A stretch of 64,000 nt of DNA, taken from contig CAVRAY010000001.1 of assembly GCA_963719225.1 (NCBI GenBank), positions 2,048,001-2,112,000 on the forward strand, written 5' to 3'. The DNA comes from Thermoanaerobaculia bacterium (GTDB lineage: Bacteria; Acidobacteriota; Thermoanaerobaculia; UBA5066). Both the position numbers and the translations under genes were made by a program. Under the pieces are notes generated by a model. That model ran no database searches, was not told the DNA's origin, and was given only the letters and a program-made list of their open reading frames with translations. This document shows, piece after piece, positions 44,803 to 54,997 of this stretch. The stretch's first letter is position 1, and every line of letters starts with the position of its first letter.

Positions 44803-45770
44803 GCCGTTACTCCCGGCAGCGCGACGTTTCCCTCGCGGGCGATCCGCGGGTCGAGCGCCGCCGCGACGAGATCGGCTGCGAAGGAGGCGGCCACGACCAC
44901 CATCGCCGAGCACCACGTGAGCGCCAGAACCGTCGGGAGGTCGCGCGCGAAGACGGCTTCGGCCAGGAGTCCTCCCGCCCCCGGCAGCGAGAAGACCCTC
45001 TCCACGAGGATCGAGCCGGAGACGACGGAGGGCACGAGAACGGCACCCATCGCGGCGAAGGCCGCGGACGAGCGCCTGAGGGCGCGCCGGACCTCCTCGG
45101 ACGGGCTCTCTCCGCGCGCGCGTCCCGCGAGGGCGGCGGGGTCCGCAAGCGCAGCCGCCATGCAGACCCTGACGAAGCGCGCGACGAGCGCGAGCGATGC
45201 CAGCGAAAGGGTCGCGACCGGAAGCAGGAATCCGCGCGCTCCGGACTCCGCGTCGGCGAAGAGAGGCGTGATGCGGAGCCATCCCGAGAACACGAGCAGC
45301 AGAACGAGTCCGAGGACGAACGTCGGAGTCGAGAAGAAGGCGTCGCAGACGAAGCCGGAAATCCTGTCCAGCCGCCCGCCCGGACGCCGCGCCGCGGCGA
45401 TGCCGAGCGGAACGCCGATCAGGCACGCGAGGAGGAGGGCGGACCCATTCAGCGCCAACGTCGCCGGGAGAGCGCGCGCGATCCGATGCGTCACCGGCTG
45501 GCCGTCGACGAGCGAACGCCCGAAATCGAGACGCGCGGCCCGCCAGACCCAGGTCACGAAGCGCTCGACGAGCGGGCGGTCGAGGCCGTAGAGATGCCGG
45601 AACGCCGCCAGGGCGTCGGGCGAGACCGACGTCGCGCGGTTTCCGGCCGCGCGCGCGGCGAGGGCCGCCGCGTCGCCGGGTGCCGCCGCGACGAGCCCGA
45701 AGACGAGCGCGAGAACTCCGAGCAGGGTCAGGACCGCCGAGACGGACCGGTGGAGCGCAAAACGGATCAC
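44799..45770 (-). CDS. Peptide/nickel ABC transporter permease (OppB/DppB-like)
   Basis: PGD, YGLDRPL, LDFGRS, LPAT, GSILVERVFSLPG.G, DPRI. Confidence 0.9.
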   Translation of the reverse strand: MIRFALHRSVSAVLTLLGVLALVFGLVAAAPGDAAALAARAAGNRATSVSPDALAAFRHLYGLDRPLVERFVTWVWRAARLDFGRSLVDGQPVTHRIARALPATLALNGSALLLACLIGVPLGIAAARRPGGRLDRISGFVCDAFFSTPTFVLGLVLLLVFSGWLRITPLFADAESGARGFLLPVATLSLASLALVARFVRVCMAAALADPAALAGRARGESPSEEVRRALRRSSAAFAAMGAVLVPSVVSGSILVERVFSLPGAGGLLAEAVFARDLPTVLALTWCSAMVVVAASFAADLVAAALDPRIAREGNVALPGVTA

Positions 45771-45803
45771 TCGGGAGATGTTACTTGGCGGCGCCGGGGC
45801 GCC

Positions 45804-47396
45804 CTACGAGATCGGCCTCGTGGTCGTGCTCGTCCGCCAGGCGGCCGCTCCCGGCCAATACAGGAAAAGGCCGATCGGCGAGGTCTTCACGTTCGTCAGG
45901 CGCGACGAGATCCCCCACTTGATGAGCGGCACGTTCAGGAACGTGACCGGCTCGTCCTCGTGGATCAGAACCTGAACGCGCGCGAGGAGCGCGCGCGCCT
46001 CTTCCCTGTCGAACGTCGTCTTGAGGCGGTCGAGGACCGCGTCCACCTCGGGGTTCCGGTAAAACGCCGAGTTCATGCCGGTGGGCGGCTTCTGGGTGGA
46101 GTGCCAGCTGACGGCGAGGTCGGGGTTCGGATCCAGGTTCAGGGCCGCCGCCCAGGCATCGCACTCTCCGGCGTCCATCTTCGCCCCGAAGGCCGCCCAC
46201 TCCAGAGGCTGGATCGCCATCTCGATGCCGGCGTTCCGGTAGGACTGCTGCGCCAGCTCCACGATCTGGCGCTGGATGTCGCTCCCCATCCCGAGCGAGA
46301 GCGTGAAGCTGAGTCGCACGTTTCCCTTGCGCCGCGTGCCGTCCGGACCCTTGCGAAATCCGGCCTCGTCCAGGAGAGCCTCGGCCGCTTTCGGGTCGTA
46401 GGGCCACGGTGCCAGCGAGGCGTTCCAGGCCCAGTGCGCGGGCGGCAGGGGCCCGTTCGCGACCTTCGCAAGTCCCCCGAAGAGGTTGCGATCGATGCTC
46501 TCGCGGTCCACGAGCATCGTGAGGGCACGCCTCACGCGGCGGTCGGCGAAGACCGGCAGCCGGTTGTTCCAACCGAGATAGGAATACGACAGCTCGTCGA
46601 ACGTCACGACGCGGGGCGCGCCGGCCGTCCCGGCGTTCGCGTCCAGCTCCTTCTTCTGCGCGAACGTGACTTTCATCTCGTCGAGGGCGGCGCCCCTCAG
46701 CGCCGCGAAGGCCGAGGCATTCTCGGGCACGACGCGGAAGATCACCTGCTCCGGATCGGGCTTCTCCCCGAAGTACTGCGTGTTGCGCACGAGAGTCAGC
46801 GTCCTGCCCGCCTCCCAGGACCCGAGGCGGTAAGGGCCGTTCGCGAGCGGGTTCCGGTTGCGTGCGTGCGTCGCGACGTCCCCGCCCGCCCACGCGGCGG
46901 CGGAGAGGAGCGGAAGGTTGAAGGCGTCGCGGCGCCCGGAAGAGGCTGCGTTGAAGACGACCCGCGCGGTTCGGGGATCCACGGCCTCGGCTTTCACGAA
47001 ACCGTCGAAGAGCGTCCGGCGGGCGAGCGCGGGCGTTTTCGGGTCGAGGAGCGCCGTGAGCGTGAAGACGACGTCCCCGGAGGTGACCGGCGTGCCGTCC
47101 TCCCAGAGGGCGTCCTTTCGGAGGCGGATCGTGTACACGAGATGGTCGGGCGACGCGGAAACCTCCTCCGCGAGGCCCGGCACGAGGTTCAGCTTCTCGT
47201 CGTAGTCGAGCAGGTTCCGCTCGAGGAGCGCGAGAACGACCTGCTCGGGATCCGTCGTGGTGAGGATCGGGTTGAGCGTCTTCGGCTCCCCGTCGAGGCG
47301 GCGCCGGACGACGCTCTCCTGGCTCTTCCCGCGCACGCCGCAGCCGGAGAGGACCACGAGAGCCGCGAGGACGGCCGCCCTCCTCAGAACGGCCAC
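45804..47396 (-). CDS. Family-5 ABC substrate-binding lipoprotein (OppA/DppA-like)
   Basis: Lipobox LSGC; PKTLNP, WEDGTPVTSGDV.FT, GPYR, DRRVRRAL, YDPKAAEALLDEAG. Confidence 0.9.
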   Translation of the reverse strand: MAVLRRAAVLAALVVLSGCGVRGKSQESVVRRRLDGEPKTLNPILTTTDPEQVVLALLERNLLDYDEKLNLVPGLAEEVSASPDHLVYTIRLRKDALWEDGTPVTSGDVVFTLTALLDPKTPALARRTLFDGFVKAEAVDPRTARVVFNAASSGRRDAFNLPLLSAAAWAGGDVATHARNRNPLANGPYRLGSWEAGRTLTLVRNTQYFGEKPDPEQVIFRVVPENASAFAALRGAALDEMKVTFAQKKELDANAGTAGAPRVVTFDELSYSYLGWNNRLPVFADRRVRRALTMLVDRESIDRNLFGGLAKVANGPLPPAHWAWNASLAPWPYDPKAAEALLDEAGFRKGPDGTRRKGNVRLSFTLSLGMGSDIQRQIVELAQQSYRNAGIEMAIQPLEWAAFGAKMDAGECDAWAAALNLDPNPDLAVSWHSTQKPPTGMNSAFYRNPEVDAVLDRLKTTFDREEARALLARVQVLIHEDEPVTFLNVPLIKWGISSRLTNVKTSPIGLFLYWPGAAAWRTSTTTRPIS

Positions 47397-49612
47397 TCCA
47401 CCGAAACCGCCGCGACGTTGCCGGCGACGTCCAGGACGCGCATCGAGAGCACCGCGGGCCCGGACGGCTTCGGGACACGGAAGGAGAAACGTTCCACGGG
47501 AGAGTCGGCCGCGCCGTCCTCGGCCGGAAGGAGGCGCCAGCGGTCCGCGTTCACGGCGCCTTCGGCCTTCGTGACGGGCGAAAGCGCGTCGGTGGCGAGA
47601 ACCGTCACGACGATCGAATCCCCTGCGAGCCTTCGCGACTCGACCTTCAGGACGGGAGGGGTGTTGTCGATGACGACGACTCCGCTCTCCTCCCGGGCCG
47701 TCAGCGCCTCGTTCTCGGGTTGCGACAGCCGATCCGAGGCGCCCACGCGAAAGCGGTAGCGGCCGTCCGGGAGCGCCGTGGTGTCGAACGACAGGAACGA
47801 GTCCTCGAGCTCCTTGCGCACGAGGAACCACGCGGAACCGCCCTCCCGGCGCGCCTCCACCTCGTAACGCACCGCGTCGCCGTTCGGGTCCGTGCCTTTC
47901 CACGTGAGCGTCCTGTAGCCCTTCCGGAAAAGCCGCCTTCCGGGGCCCTCGGCCGTGACCTCGTGCGGAGCCTCGAGTCCGGCGTAGATGCCGTTCTCGT
48001 CGGGATTCGCCACGGAGAGGATCGCGGATCCGGCGGTGCCGCGCGAAAAGACCGCGCCCGGCTCGAGGACGGCGAGGTTCTCCAGGACCGGCCGCGCGTT
48101 CCGTTCCGTGTACGAAAGCTCCGCGCGCTCGACGACCGGCGATTCCCCCTTCCCGGACGCGGTCAGCTCGGCCTTCCATTGGAAAAAGCGCGCGACGGGA
48201 GGCTTCGCGGCACCGTCCGGGCCGACCGGCACCCAGGCCGACCAGGTGGCATCGGGCTTTTCCGAATTCCCCGTCCGCACGAAGAGCGCGAGACCGGCTC
48301 CCGCGGGCACGCCCGCCTCTGCGCGGAGCCGCCCGAACGTGGACAGGCGAAGCCCGTCCTTGACGGCGGACGTGAACGTGCCGGACGCCGGACGGCCCGC
48401 AGGCGAGGGTCTGAGGATTCCCGGAGATCCCATGGTCACGACGGCGAAGCCCGACGCTGACGCGGGGATCGCCAGCGTCAGCTTCTCGCCCGTCGAAGCC
48501 ACGAGCCGCACCCGGCGATCTTTCCATTCGTACACGCGCCCGCGCGGGCCGGTCGCGACGAGCAGCGCGCCGCCTGAGTCGAGGCGCAGCGCGAAAACGG
48601 ACTCCTCCGGAAAGAGCCAGCCGGGCTCGACGAAGCCGTCCGGCTGAATCACGACGATTTCCGAGCTGCTCGTGGAGCGCGGCTCGACATGAGGTCGCGC
48701 CAGGGACGTCGAAGCGGCCACCGACACCGAGCCGCGGGGACTTTCCTCCGCGCGTCCCGGCGGCGGCGTCGGCGTGGGCGAAGGCCGAGGCCCCGGCTCG
48801 ACCGGGGCCGGCCGGCCCGCCGAAGCGTCGAGCTGCGAGGCCGCTGCATAGATGACGCCGCGAGCGTCGACGGCAATGGCGGAAACCTCGGCGCGGGAGA
48901 AGTCGTGCAGCGTTCGCGGGCTGCCATGAACGGGCAACGCGACGAGAAGACCGCGGTCGGATGTTCCCGCGTACACGGTGCCGTCCGGGCCCACGGCGAG
49001 CGTCCTCACGTGGACATCCTCGATCTCGTGGAAGAGCTCGAACGGCCCCGAGGGCGCCTTGCGATAGACGCGGCCTTTGTTTCCGGTCCCCGCGTAGAGC
49101 GTTCCGTCCTTCGCGAACGCGAGCGCCCAGATCGCGGCCTCCTTCGGCTCGGCGATGACGATTCCGGCTTCGGAGGGATCCGTCGCCTTCGGATCGACCC
49201 GGTAGATCTTCCCGTTCGGAGACGACGCGCACACGACGAATCCGTCCGGCGCCACCGCGACCGCCGTGATGTTCGGCTCCGGCGCCAGGAAGAGAAGTGT
49301 CACCTTCGCGTCCGTGGAAACGAAAAGGCGGCCGAGGCCCCCGCCCGTGGCGACGAACACGCGGCCGGAGGGGTCCGCTGCTGCGCCGAAGACGGCCGCG
49401 TCGTTCGCGTCGTCGGGCCAGGCGCGCGCGGCGAGCCCCGCGCCGAGCGTGAGCTTCCCGTCGGCGGAGACGGCAACCCCCTTCGTCTCTCCGGCGAGAA
49501 AGTCGCGCGCGCCGGACGTGACGGCGATGCGGGGCGTTCCGGCGGCCAGCGGGCGCGCCGTGAGGAACACCGCGGCGAAGGCGAAGGAAAGAGCACGCGG
49601 GGAAAATCGCAT
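47384..49612 (-). CDS. Secreted beta-propeller repeat protein with C-terminal Fn3/Ig-like domains
   Basis: Signal peptide; repeats such as WALAFAKDGTLYAGTG..GRVY and LAVGPDGTVYAGT; LTWKGTDPNGD, LPDGRYRFRV.ASD, DNTPP. Confidence 0.8.
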   Translation of the reverse strand: MRFSPRALSFAFAAVFLTARPLAAGTPRIAVTSGARDFLAGETKGVAVSADGKLTLGAGLAARAWPDDANDAAVFGAAADPSGRVFVATGGGLGRLFVSTDAKVTLLFLAPEPNITAVAVAPDGFVVCASSPNGKIYRVDPKATDPSEAGIVIAEPKEAAIWALAFAKDGTLYAGTGNKGRVYRKAPSGPFELFHEIEDVHVRTLAVGPDGTVYAGTSDRGLLVALPVHGSPRTLHDFSRAEVSAIAVDARGVIYAAASQLDASAGRPAPVEPGPRPSPTPTPPPGRAEESPRGSVSVAASTSLARPHVEPRSTSSSEIVVIQPDGFVEPGWLFPEESVFALRLDSGGALLVATGPRGRVYEWKDRRVRLVASTGEKLTLAIPASASGFAVVTMGSPGILRPSPAGRPASGTFTSAVKDGLRLSTFGRLRAEAGVPAGAGLALFVRTGNSEKPDATWSAWVPVGPDGAAKPPVARFFQWKAELTASGKGESPVVERAELSYTERNARPVLENLAVLEPGAVFSRGTAGSAILSVANPDENGIYAGLEAPHEVTAEGPGRRLFRKGYRTLTWKGTDPNGDAVRYEVEARREGGSAWFLVRKELEDSFLSFDTTALPDGRYRFRVGASDRLSQPENEALTAREESGVVVIDNTPPVLKVESRRLAGDSIVVTVLATDALSPVTKAEGAVNADRWRLLPAEDGAADSPVERFSFRVPKPSGPAVLSMRVLDVAGNVAAVSVEWPF

Positions 49613-51481
49613 TTACGAGCGGGGCCTTTCTACCTCGACCTCGAGGCGCACGGAACCGGACATCGGCCGGTCGAGGGTGACGAACTCCTCGGCGAGGATG
49701 CGGATCGGAACCGACGTACGCGCGCTCGCGTCTCCCCCTTCGGACAGAACGAGTGCGAACGTGGGTGGCAGCGCGCTGAAGGTACCGTCTCCCGTCGTCG
49801 TCCCTCGCGTCGGAACGACGAAGAGGGCGCCCAGCCGGTCCGCCGGCACGAGGCGCGCGAGCGCCGCGCGCATTCCGGCGAGCGAGCGCGGCTCCGCGGG
49901 TTGCGCGGCGAGGCGCGCGGCCGAGGCGGCATTGCCGTCTCCCACGATGACGATGGCGCGGCCCTCGGGCGTTTCCCTGGGAACCGTCAGCGACAGGACG
50001 CGCGTCTCCTCGCGCCCGCGGCGGTCGGCGAGCCTCACGGTGGCGCGCAGCGCTTGTCCCGGCGCGACCTTGCGGGCCGAAAGAGCGGCTCCGACGATGC
50101 GGAGGCGCTTTTCGCCGGGGGCGCTCGCGATCGAGATGTCCACGCCGGAGAGCTGGGGATCCTCGAACTCGTTCTGGGCGACGAGTCCCATGAGGACGTT
50201 CGCCGTCAGGAGCGCGAGCTCCTTCGCGCGCGGGCCGGTCATCTGGTCCGCATAGACGAACGGCCCCGCTGCCGTGCCGACCGAGACGCGAACGTTCAGA
50301 GTCCGGTCGGACGGGGTCGGGTCGAGCGTCGTGAAGGCGGCGTCCGTCGAGATCGAGACGAGGGCGGGGAGAAGCGCCGCTTCTCTCGCAATCCCCCAGG
50401 AGAGGGTGCGCGCGGGCCTTCCTTCCGACTCGAGCCGGAAATGCACCGGCAGGAGGGAAGGCGCCCGGTCCGAGCGACCCGCGATACCGCTGTCGCGGTC
50501 GTGCGTCAGGCGGTAGGCCGGCGCCAGGGCATACGCCATCTTGAAGGAGAGCATCGCGCTCGGAAAGACGGCCACGACTTCGGCCGGAGCGACCGGGAGC
50601 TCGATCGTTCCCGCACCCAGGAACGGATGGCCGAAGGCTAGAAAGTGTCCCAGGCCGTCCACGCGCGTCACGGTGCCGGTGGCGCCGAGCTGCAGGTCCC
50701 CGTCGACGAGGAGAGCCGTGACCGCGGAGCCGGGCGCGATGGGCGCCGCCGGACGCGCCCGCTCGGCTTCCTGAAGAGCCGTCCCGGGGAGCGCCGGAAT
50801 CTCGCCCGAGACGAGCGAAGCGGGAAGGCCGAGTCGCCCGAGGTCTCTTCCCCACCGCGCGAGCGTCTCGGCCGGAAATCCCGTCGCGACCGGCGCGAGC
50901 AGCGAGGCCTGCGCGCGCGCCGGCAGGGCGGGACGCGCGTCCACGATCTTCTGAAAAGCCGCGAGACGCTCCTCCTCGGGCTGGGCCAGCGCCTGGACGA
51001 AAGCGGAAAACCCCGTGCCCCCGGAGGTCGACCGAACGCGATGTCCCGTTCCCGCCGGCGCGTCCCCCGTGTCGATCGCCAGCATCGACTCGATCGGCGT
51101 GACCGCCCCGATGGGTTCCTTGGAGAATCCCCACGTGGCCGCCACGGCTCCCGCGAGACGCCCGTCGAGATAGACGGGGCTTCCGCTCATTCCCGCGAGG
51201 ATGCCGGTCTTTTCGAGGCCGAGCCCGGAGACGCGCACGATGATCTGCGAGCGACCGAGCGAGTTCGGGACGACACCGAGCACCTCGACGTCGAACCTCT
51301 CCACGGCGGACCCGCGGAGAACGGTCAGCCCGTAACCCTTCATCCCGGCCTTGACGGCGGTGAGCGGCAGGACGTCCGCGGGGAGCGACGCCGCCGGAGA
51401 TGCCGTCGCGAAGCTCATCGAAAGAGCCGCGACGAGGGCCGCCGAAAGCTTCCAACGCTTTGACCGGCTTGAAGATTCCAT
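49613..51481 (-). CDS. SpoIVB-like (S55) serine peptidase domain protein, exported
   Basis: GMKGYGLTV, GILAGMSGSPVY.DG.L.GAV, TPIESM, GTVT, AFGHPF. Start uncertain. Confidence 0.85.
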   Translation of the reverse strand: MESSSRSKRWKLSAALVAALSMSFATASPAASLPADVLPLTAVKAGMKGYGLTVLRGSAVERFDVEVLGVVPNSLGRSQIIVRVSGLGLEKTGILAGMSGSPVYLDGRLAGAVAATWGFSKEPIGAVTPIESMLAIDTGDAPAGTGHRVRSTSGGTGFSAFVQALAQPEEERLAAFQKIVDARPALPARAQASLLAPVATGFPAETLARWGRDLGRLGLPASLVSGEIPALPGTALQEAERARPAAPIAPGSAVTALLVDGDLQLGATGTVTRVDGLGHFLAFGHPFLGAGTIELPVAPAEVVAVFPSAMLSFKMAYALAPAYRLTHDRDSGIAGRSDRAPSLLPVHFRLESEGRPARTLSWGIAREAALLPALVSISTDAAFTTLDPTPSDRTLNVRVSVGTAAGPFVYADQMTGPRAKELALLTANVLMGLVAQNEFEDPQLSGVDISIASAPGEKRLRIVGAALSARKVAPGQALRATVRLADRRGREETRVLSLTVPRETPEGRAIVIVGDGNAASAARLAAQPAEPRSLAGMRAALARLVPADRLGALFVVPTRGTTTGDGTFSALPPTFALVLSEGGDASARTSVPIRILAEEFVTLDRPMSGSVRLEVEVERPRS

Positions 51482-51551
51482 GCTACCTTGACGAGACGGC
51501 CCGAGGCGGGTCCGTCGCGGAACCCATCCCGAGAGGGAGTCACCTGAACGC

Positions 51552-52247
51552 ATGACGGAAACCGGCGGCTCGAACATTGCCCAGCTCTTCCTCTCGGCGG
51601 GACCGACGGCAAAGGCCGTCCTGATCGTCCTGGCTTTTTTCTCCCTCGTTTCGTGGGCGATCATCATCGGCCGGCTGTGGAGTTTCTCACGCGCCGCCTC
51701 CGACTCGCGCGCGTTCCTGAACCACTTCCGCAAGAGCCGCAAATTCGCCGACGTCCTCGGCATCTGCGACAAGGTCGAGTCGAGCCCGCTCGTCGGCATC
51801 TTCCGCGCGGGCTACGCGGAGCTGGACCAGCAGGTGAAGGACGGCCGCGAAGTCGCGCCGGCCGACACGGGTCGCCTCTTCGTGAAGAGCCTGGACTCCA
51901 TCGAGCGCGCGCTGGAGCGCGCGGCCGGAGTCGAGACGAAACGCCTCGGGCGCGGAATGTCGTTTCTCGCGACCACGGCGTCCGCCACGCCGTTCATCGG
52001 CCTCTTCGGAACCGTCATGGGCATCATGATCGCGTTCCAGCAGATCGCGCAGAAGGGCTCGACGTCGATCGTCGTCGTGGCGCCGGGCATCGCGGAAGCC
52101 CTCATCAACACGGCGGCCGGCCTCGTCGCCGCCGTGCCCGCGCTCATCGCCTACAACAACTTCGGCGGAAAGATGCGCGCGGCGCGGGCCGAGATGCGCG
52201 ATTTCGAGCTCGAGTTCATGAACCTGGCCGAGCGCCACTTCACCTGA
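51552..52247 (+). CDS. tolQ: TolQ (MotA/TolQ/ExbB family)
   Basis: PFIGLFGTVMGI, VAPGIAEALINTAAGL; first gene of the tol-pal cluster. Confidence 0.92.
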   Translation: MTETGGSNIAQLFLSAGPTAKAVLIVLAFFSLVSWAIIIGRLWSFSRAASDSRAFLNHFRKSRKFADVLGICDKVESSPLVGIFRAGYAELDQQVKDGREVAPADTGRLFVKSLDSIERALERAAGVETKRLGRGMSFLATTASATPFIGLFGTVMGIMIAFQQIAQKGSTSIVVVAPGIAEALINTAAGLVAAVPALIAYNNFGGKMRAARAEMRDFELEFMNLAERHFT

Positions 52248-52260
52248 GATCGGACTTCAC

Positions 52261-52683
52261 GTGGCCTTCAAGCTCGACGACGAAGCGAACGCCTTCTCGG
52301 ACATCAACGTCACGCCTCTCGTGGACGTCATGCTGGTGCTCCTCGTCATCTTCATGGTCACGGCTCCGCTCCTTCATCAGGGCGTCGAGGTCCAGCTTCC
52401 GAAGTCCGTCGCGCAGAACCTGCCGAAGACTCCCGAGGACCCGCTGATCCTCTCGATCACGAAGAACGGAAACTACTACCTGAACGAGACGCCCATCCCG
52501 AAGTCGCAGCTCAAAGATCGCCTGAAGCTCATCCTTTCGAGGCGCCGCGACAAGGCGGTCTACCTGAAGGCCGACCGCAACCTCGCGTACGGCGTCGTCG
52601 TCGAAACCATGGACACGTTGAACCGCCTCGGCGTCGAGAGCCTGGGGATGGTGACCGAGCTCCGGAACGAGAGCCCTCGATGA
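52261..52683 (+). CDS. tolR: TolR (ExbD/TolR family)
   Basis: INVTPLVDVMLVLLVIFMVTAP; KAD...YG.V. Confidence 0.92.
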   Translation: MAFKLDDEANAFSDINVTPLVDVMLVLLVIFMVTAPLLHQGVEVQLPKSVAQNLPKTPEDPLILSITKNGNYYLNETPIPKSQLKDRLKLILSRRRDKAVYLKADRNLAYGVVVETMDTLNRLGVESLGMVTELRNESPR

Positions 52684-53480
52684 CCGCGATGAGCGCGGTG
52701 ACCGCGCGGGCGGAGGCGCTTCCGGCGCCGACCGTATCCGACATCCTTTCGCGGCGCGCGCGTACCGGCATCGCCCCGCGATTCCTCACGGCTGCCGTGT
52801 CGATCCTCGCCCATGCGGGATTCCTCGCGCTCGTTCTCCTCGTGGGCAAACCGCGCAAGTCTCCGGTCTTCGTCCCGATGTCCCTTCCCGTTCGCGTCGT
52901 GAGCCCAGCCTCCCTCGGCCGGCCCCAGGCGGCGCCGGCGCCCGTTCCCGTCCCGGCGCCCGCCGAGCCGGCGCCCGCGCCCAAGGCGAAGCCCGTGATC
53001 GAGAAGCCGACGGAAAAGGTCCTTCCGTCCGCGAAGGCGATGCCCGAGCCGAAGAGGCCCGCGAAGCCCGAGAAACCGAAGCCCGCCCCGGCCGCCGCCA
53101 AGCCTTCCGGAGGACCCGCCCTCGAGCTTCCGAGCGCCGCGGGCGCCCCGACCGGCAGCACCTCGGGCGCGGGAGTCTCCTTCGGAGCGTCCGTCACCTC
53201 GTTCGACGCCGATTTCCCGTTCGCCTACTACGTGGAGCAGCTGCTCTCGCTGATCGGCGCGAACTGGTTCAAGCCCGAGTCGGCCGAGAATACGAGCTGC
53301 GTCATCTCGTTCCGCGTCATGCGTTCCGGGCAGGTCACGGACGTCAAGGTCGACACCTCGTCGGGCGTGAGCTATTACGACCGGGCCGCGGCTCGCGCCG
53401 TATACGCCGCGAATCCGCTCCCGCCGCTCCCGCCGGATTACCGGAACGAGTCGCTCGGCGTCCATCTAAAGTTCCAGTGA
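52680..53480 (+). CDS. tolA: TolA/TonB-like energy transducer
   Basis: TM with SxxxH, Pro/Lys-rich linker, C-terminal SSG..YD.AA.RAV..NPLPPLP. Confidence 0.8.
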   Translation: MTAMSAVTARAEALPAPTVSDILSRRARTGIAPRFLTAAVSILAHAGFLALVLLVGKPRKSPVFVPMSLPVRVVSPASLGRPQAAPAPVPVPAPAEPAPAPKAKPVIEKPTEKVLPSAKAMPEPKRPAKPEKPKPAPAAAKPSGGPALELPSAAGAPTGSTSGAGVSFGASVTSFDADFPFAYYVEQLLSLIGANWFKPESAENTSCVISFRVMRSGQVTDVKVDTSSGVSYYDRAAARAVYAANPLPPLPPDYRNESLGVHLKFQ

Positions 53481-53549
53481 GGGAAATTCTTTGAGAGAAA
53501 TAGAAGAGAGAAAAGAGAAGATTTCCTTGAAAGGGGAAGAAAGAGGGGG
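53481..53549 (+). repeat. Dispersed motif, two copies at the tolA/tolB junction
   Basis: GAAA-TTC-TTT-GAG-AGAAATAG (53491); GAGAAGAT-TTC-CTT-GAA-AGGGGAAG (53527). Confidence 0.7.
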
Positions 53550-54933
53550 CCGGAAAGAGCGGCCGTGGAGGATCCGGCGCGCGGCTCTGCTCCTCTTCGC
53601 AGCGGTGCTCCTCTCCGGCCCTTCCCTTCTCGGCCAGGCGCCGAAGCCCGTCCCGACGATGTCCGGTGTCACGCAGCCCTCGAACATCGATCTCACGCTC
53701 ACCGGCACCGCCGGGGCGCGGCGGCCGCTGGCGATTCCGATGACGATCGCGCCAATTTCGCCGGACCTGCAGACGCGGGCCGTGGATCCCTTCTACACGA
53801 CGCTCACGGACGATCTCGCGGGTTCCGGCGTCTTCGTCGTGGCCGATCCGGCTCTCTACCCGAAGGGAATGCGCCCGCCGCAGAACCGCGAGGAGGGCGA
53901 CGCGTGGAAAGCGACGTCGGCTCAATTCCTCCTCGACACGCATCTCGCGTCGGACGGCGCGAACGTGACCGTCGAGGCCACGCTCCTGGATCTCGGCACG
54001 CTCAAGTCCATCCTCGGCAAGAAGTACTCCGGCGAGATGCGCGCGGCGCGGCGCATCGCCCATACCCTCGCGAGCGACCTCGTCCGGCAGTTCACCGGAA
54101 GGCCGGGCCCTTTCCTGACGAAGATCGCCTTCTCGTCCGACCGGGAACGCGTCGCCGGAAGGCAGGTCGTGAAGGAGATCTTCACGATGGACTTCGACGG
54201 CGACAACCAGCGCCGCATCACCTACTCGAACACGCTCTCGCTCGCGCCCGACTGGTCTCCGGACGGTACGAAGCTCGTGTACCAGTCGTACGAAAGGGAC
54301 ACGCCGGGCCTTTGGCTCATCGGAAAGGACGGAGGCGACAAGCGCCAGATCCCCGTCCCGACGCAGCTCAACTCCTCTCCATCCTATTCCCCGGACGGCA
54401 GGACGATCGCGTTCTGCGGCAGCGTCAAGGGGAACACCGAAATCTTCACCGTCCACACGGACGGATCCAACCTGAAACGGCTCACGGAGAACGCGGCGAT
54501 CGATTCGACTCCCCGGTGGTCCCCGAACGGGCGGGAGCTGGCGTTCACGTCGAACCGCCAGGGCTCACCCCAGGTTTTCATGATGGACCTGGAGGGAGCC
54601 AACGTGCGGCGCGTGTCGCTCGCCGGCAACTGGAACGACGAGGCGGCGTTCTCGCCGGACGGAGGAAGGCTCGCCTTCGCGTGCCGGAACGAGGGTGATT
54701 TCCAGATCTGCGTCATGGACCTCGCAACCGGGCGGACCGTTCAGATTTCGAGCGGATCCGGCGCCCACGAGGGCCCCACGTGGTCGCCCGACGGGTCGAA
54801 AATCGCCTGGGAGGTCCAGCGCGGCAATTCGACGCAAATCGCCGTCGGAAACGCCGACGGGAGCGGCACGGCGCGCATCGTGACGTCGTCCGGCAACAAT
54901 TTTTCCCCCTCGTGGATCAAGACGCTAGAATGA
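53491..54933 (+). CDS. tolB: Tol-Pal beta-propeller protein TolB
   Basis: TolB N-domain (RRIAHTLASDLV..FTG) plus PD40 repeats (PDWSPDG, PRWSPNG, PTWSPDG). Start at TTG 53491 or 53527. Confidence 0.93.
   Translation: MREIEERKEKISLKGEERGGRKERPWRIRRAALLLFAAVLLSGPSLLGQAPKPVPTMSGVTQPSNIDLTLTGTAGARRPLAIPMTIAPISPDLQTRAVDPFYTTLTDDLAGSGVFVVADPALYPKGMRPPQNREEGDAWKATSAQFLLDTHLASDGANVTVEATLLDLGTLKSILGKKYSGEMRAARRIAHTLASDLVRQFTGRPGPFLTKIAFSSDRERVAGRQVVKEIFTMDFDGDNQRRITYSNTLSLAPDWSPDGTKLVYQSYERDTPGLWLIGKDGGDKRQIPVPTQLNSSPSYSPDGRTIAFCGSVKGNTEIFTVHTDGSNLKRLTENAAIDSTPRWSPNGRELAFTSNRQGSPQVFMMDLEGANVRRVSLAGNWNDEAAFSPDGGRLAFACRNEGDFQICVMDLATGRTVQISSGSGAHEGPTWSPDGSKIAWEVQRGNSTQIAVGNADGSGTARIVTSSGNNFSPSWIKTLE
54926..54931 (+). 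promoter_or_regulatory. Putative internal -10 box (TAGAAT) for pal-cpoB
   Basis: Near-consensus hexamer at the tolB 3' end, followed by a leader with GGAGG SD. Confidence 0.4.
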
Positions 54934-54997
54934 TCGGCGCCGACGGGCGGTCGCCGGACGGCGCCCTCATTCCCCCCGTCAACGGAGGCTCGATTCC

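Noticed and set aside
45804-51455. Apparent 1883-aa protein, and other N-terminally extended ORFs (2133..5945, 57928..61506, 14482..16896)
   Set aside because: Only the C-terminal parts are protein-like; the extensions are stop-free off-frame readings of upstream genes.
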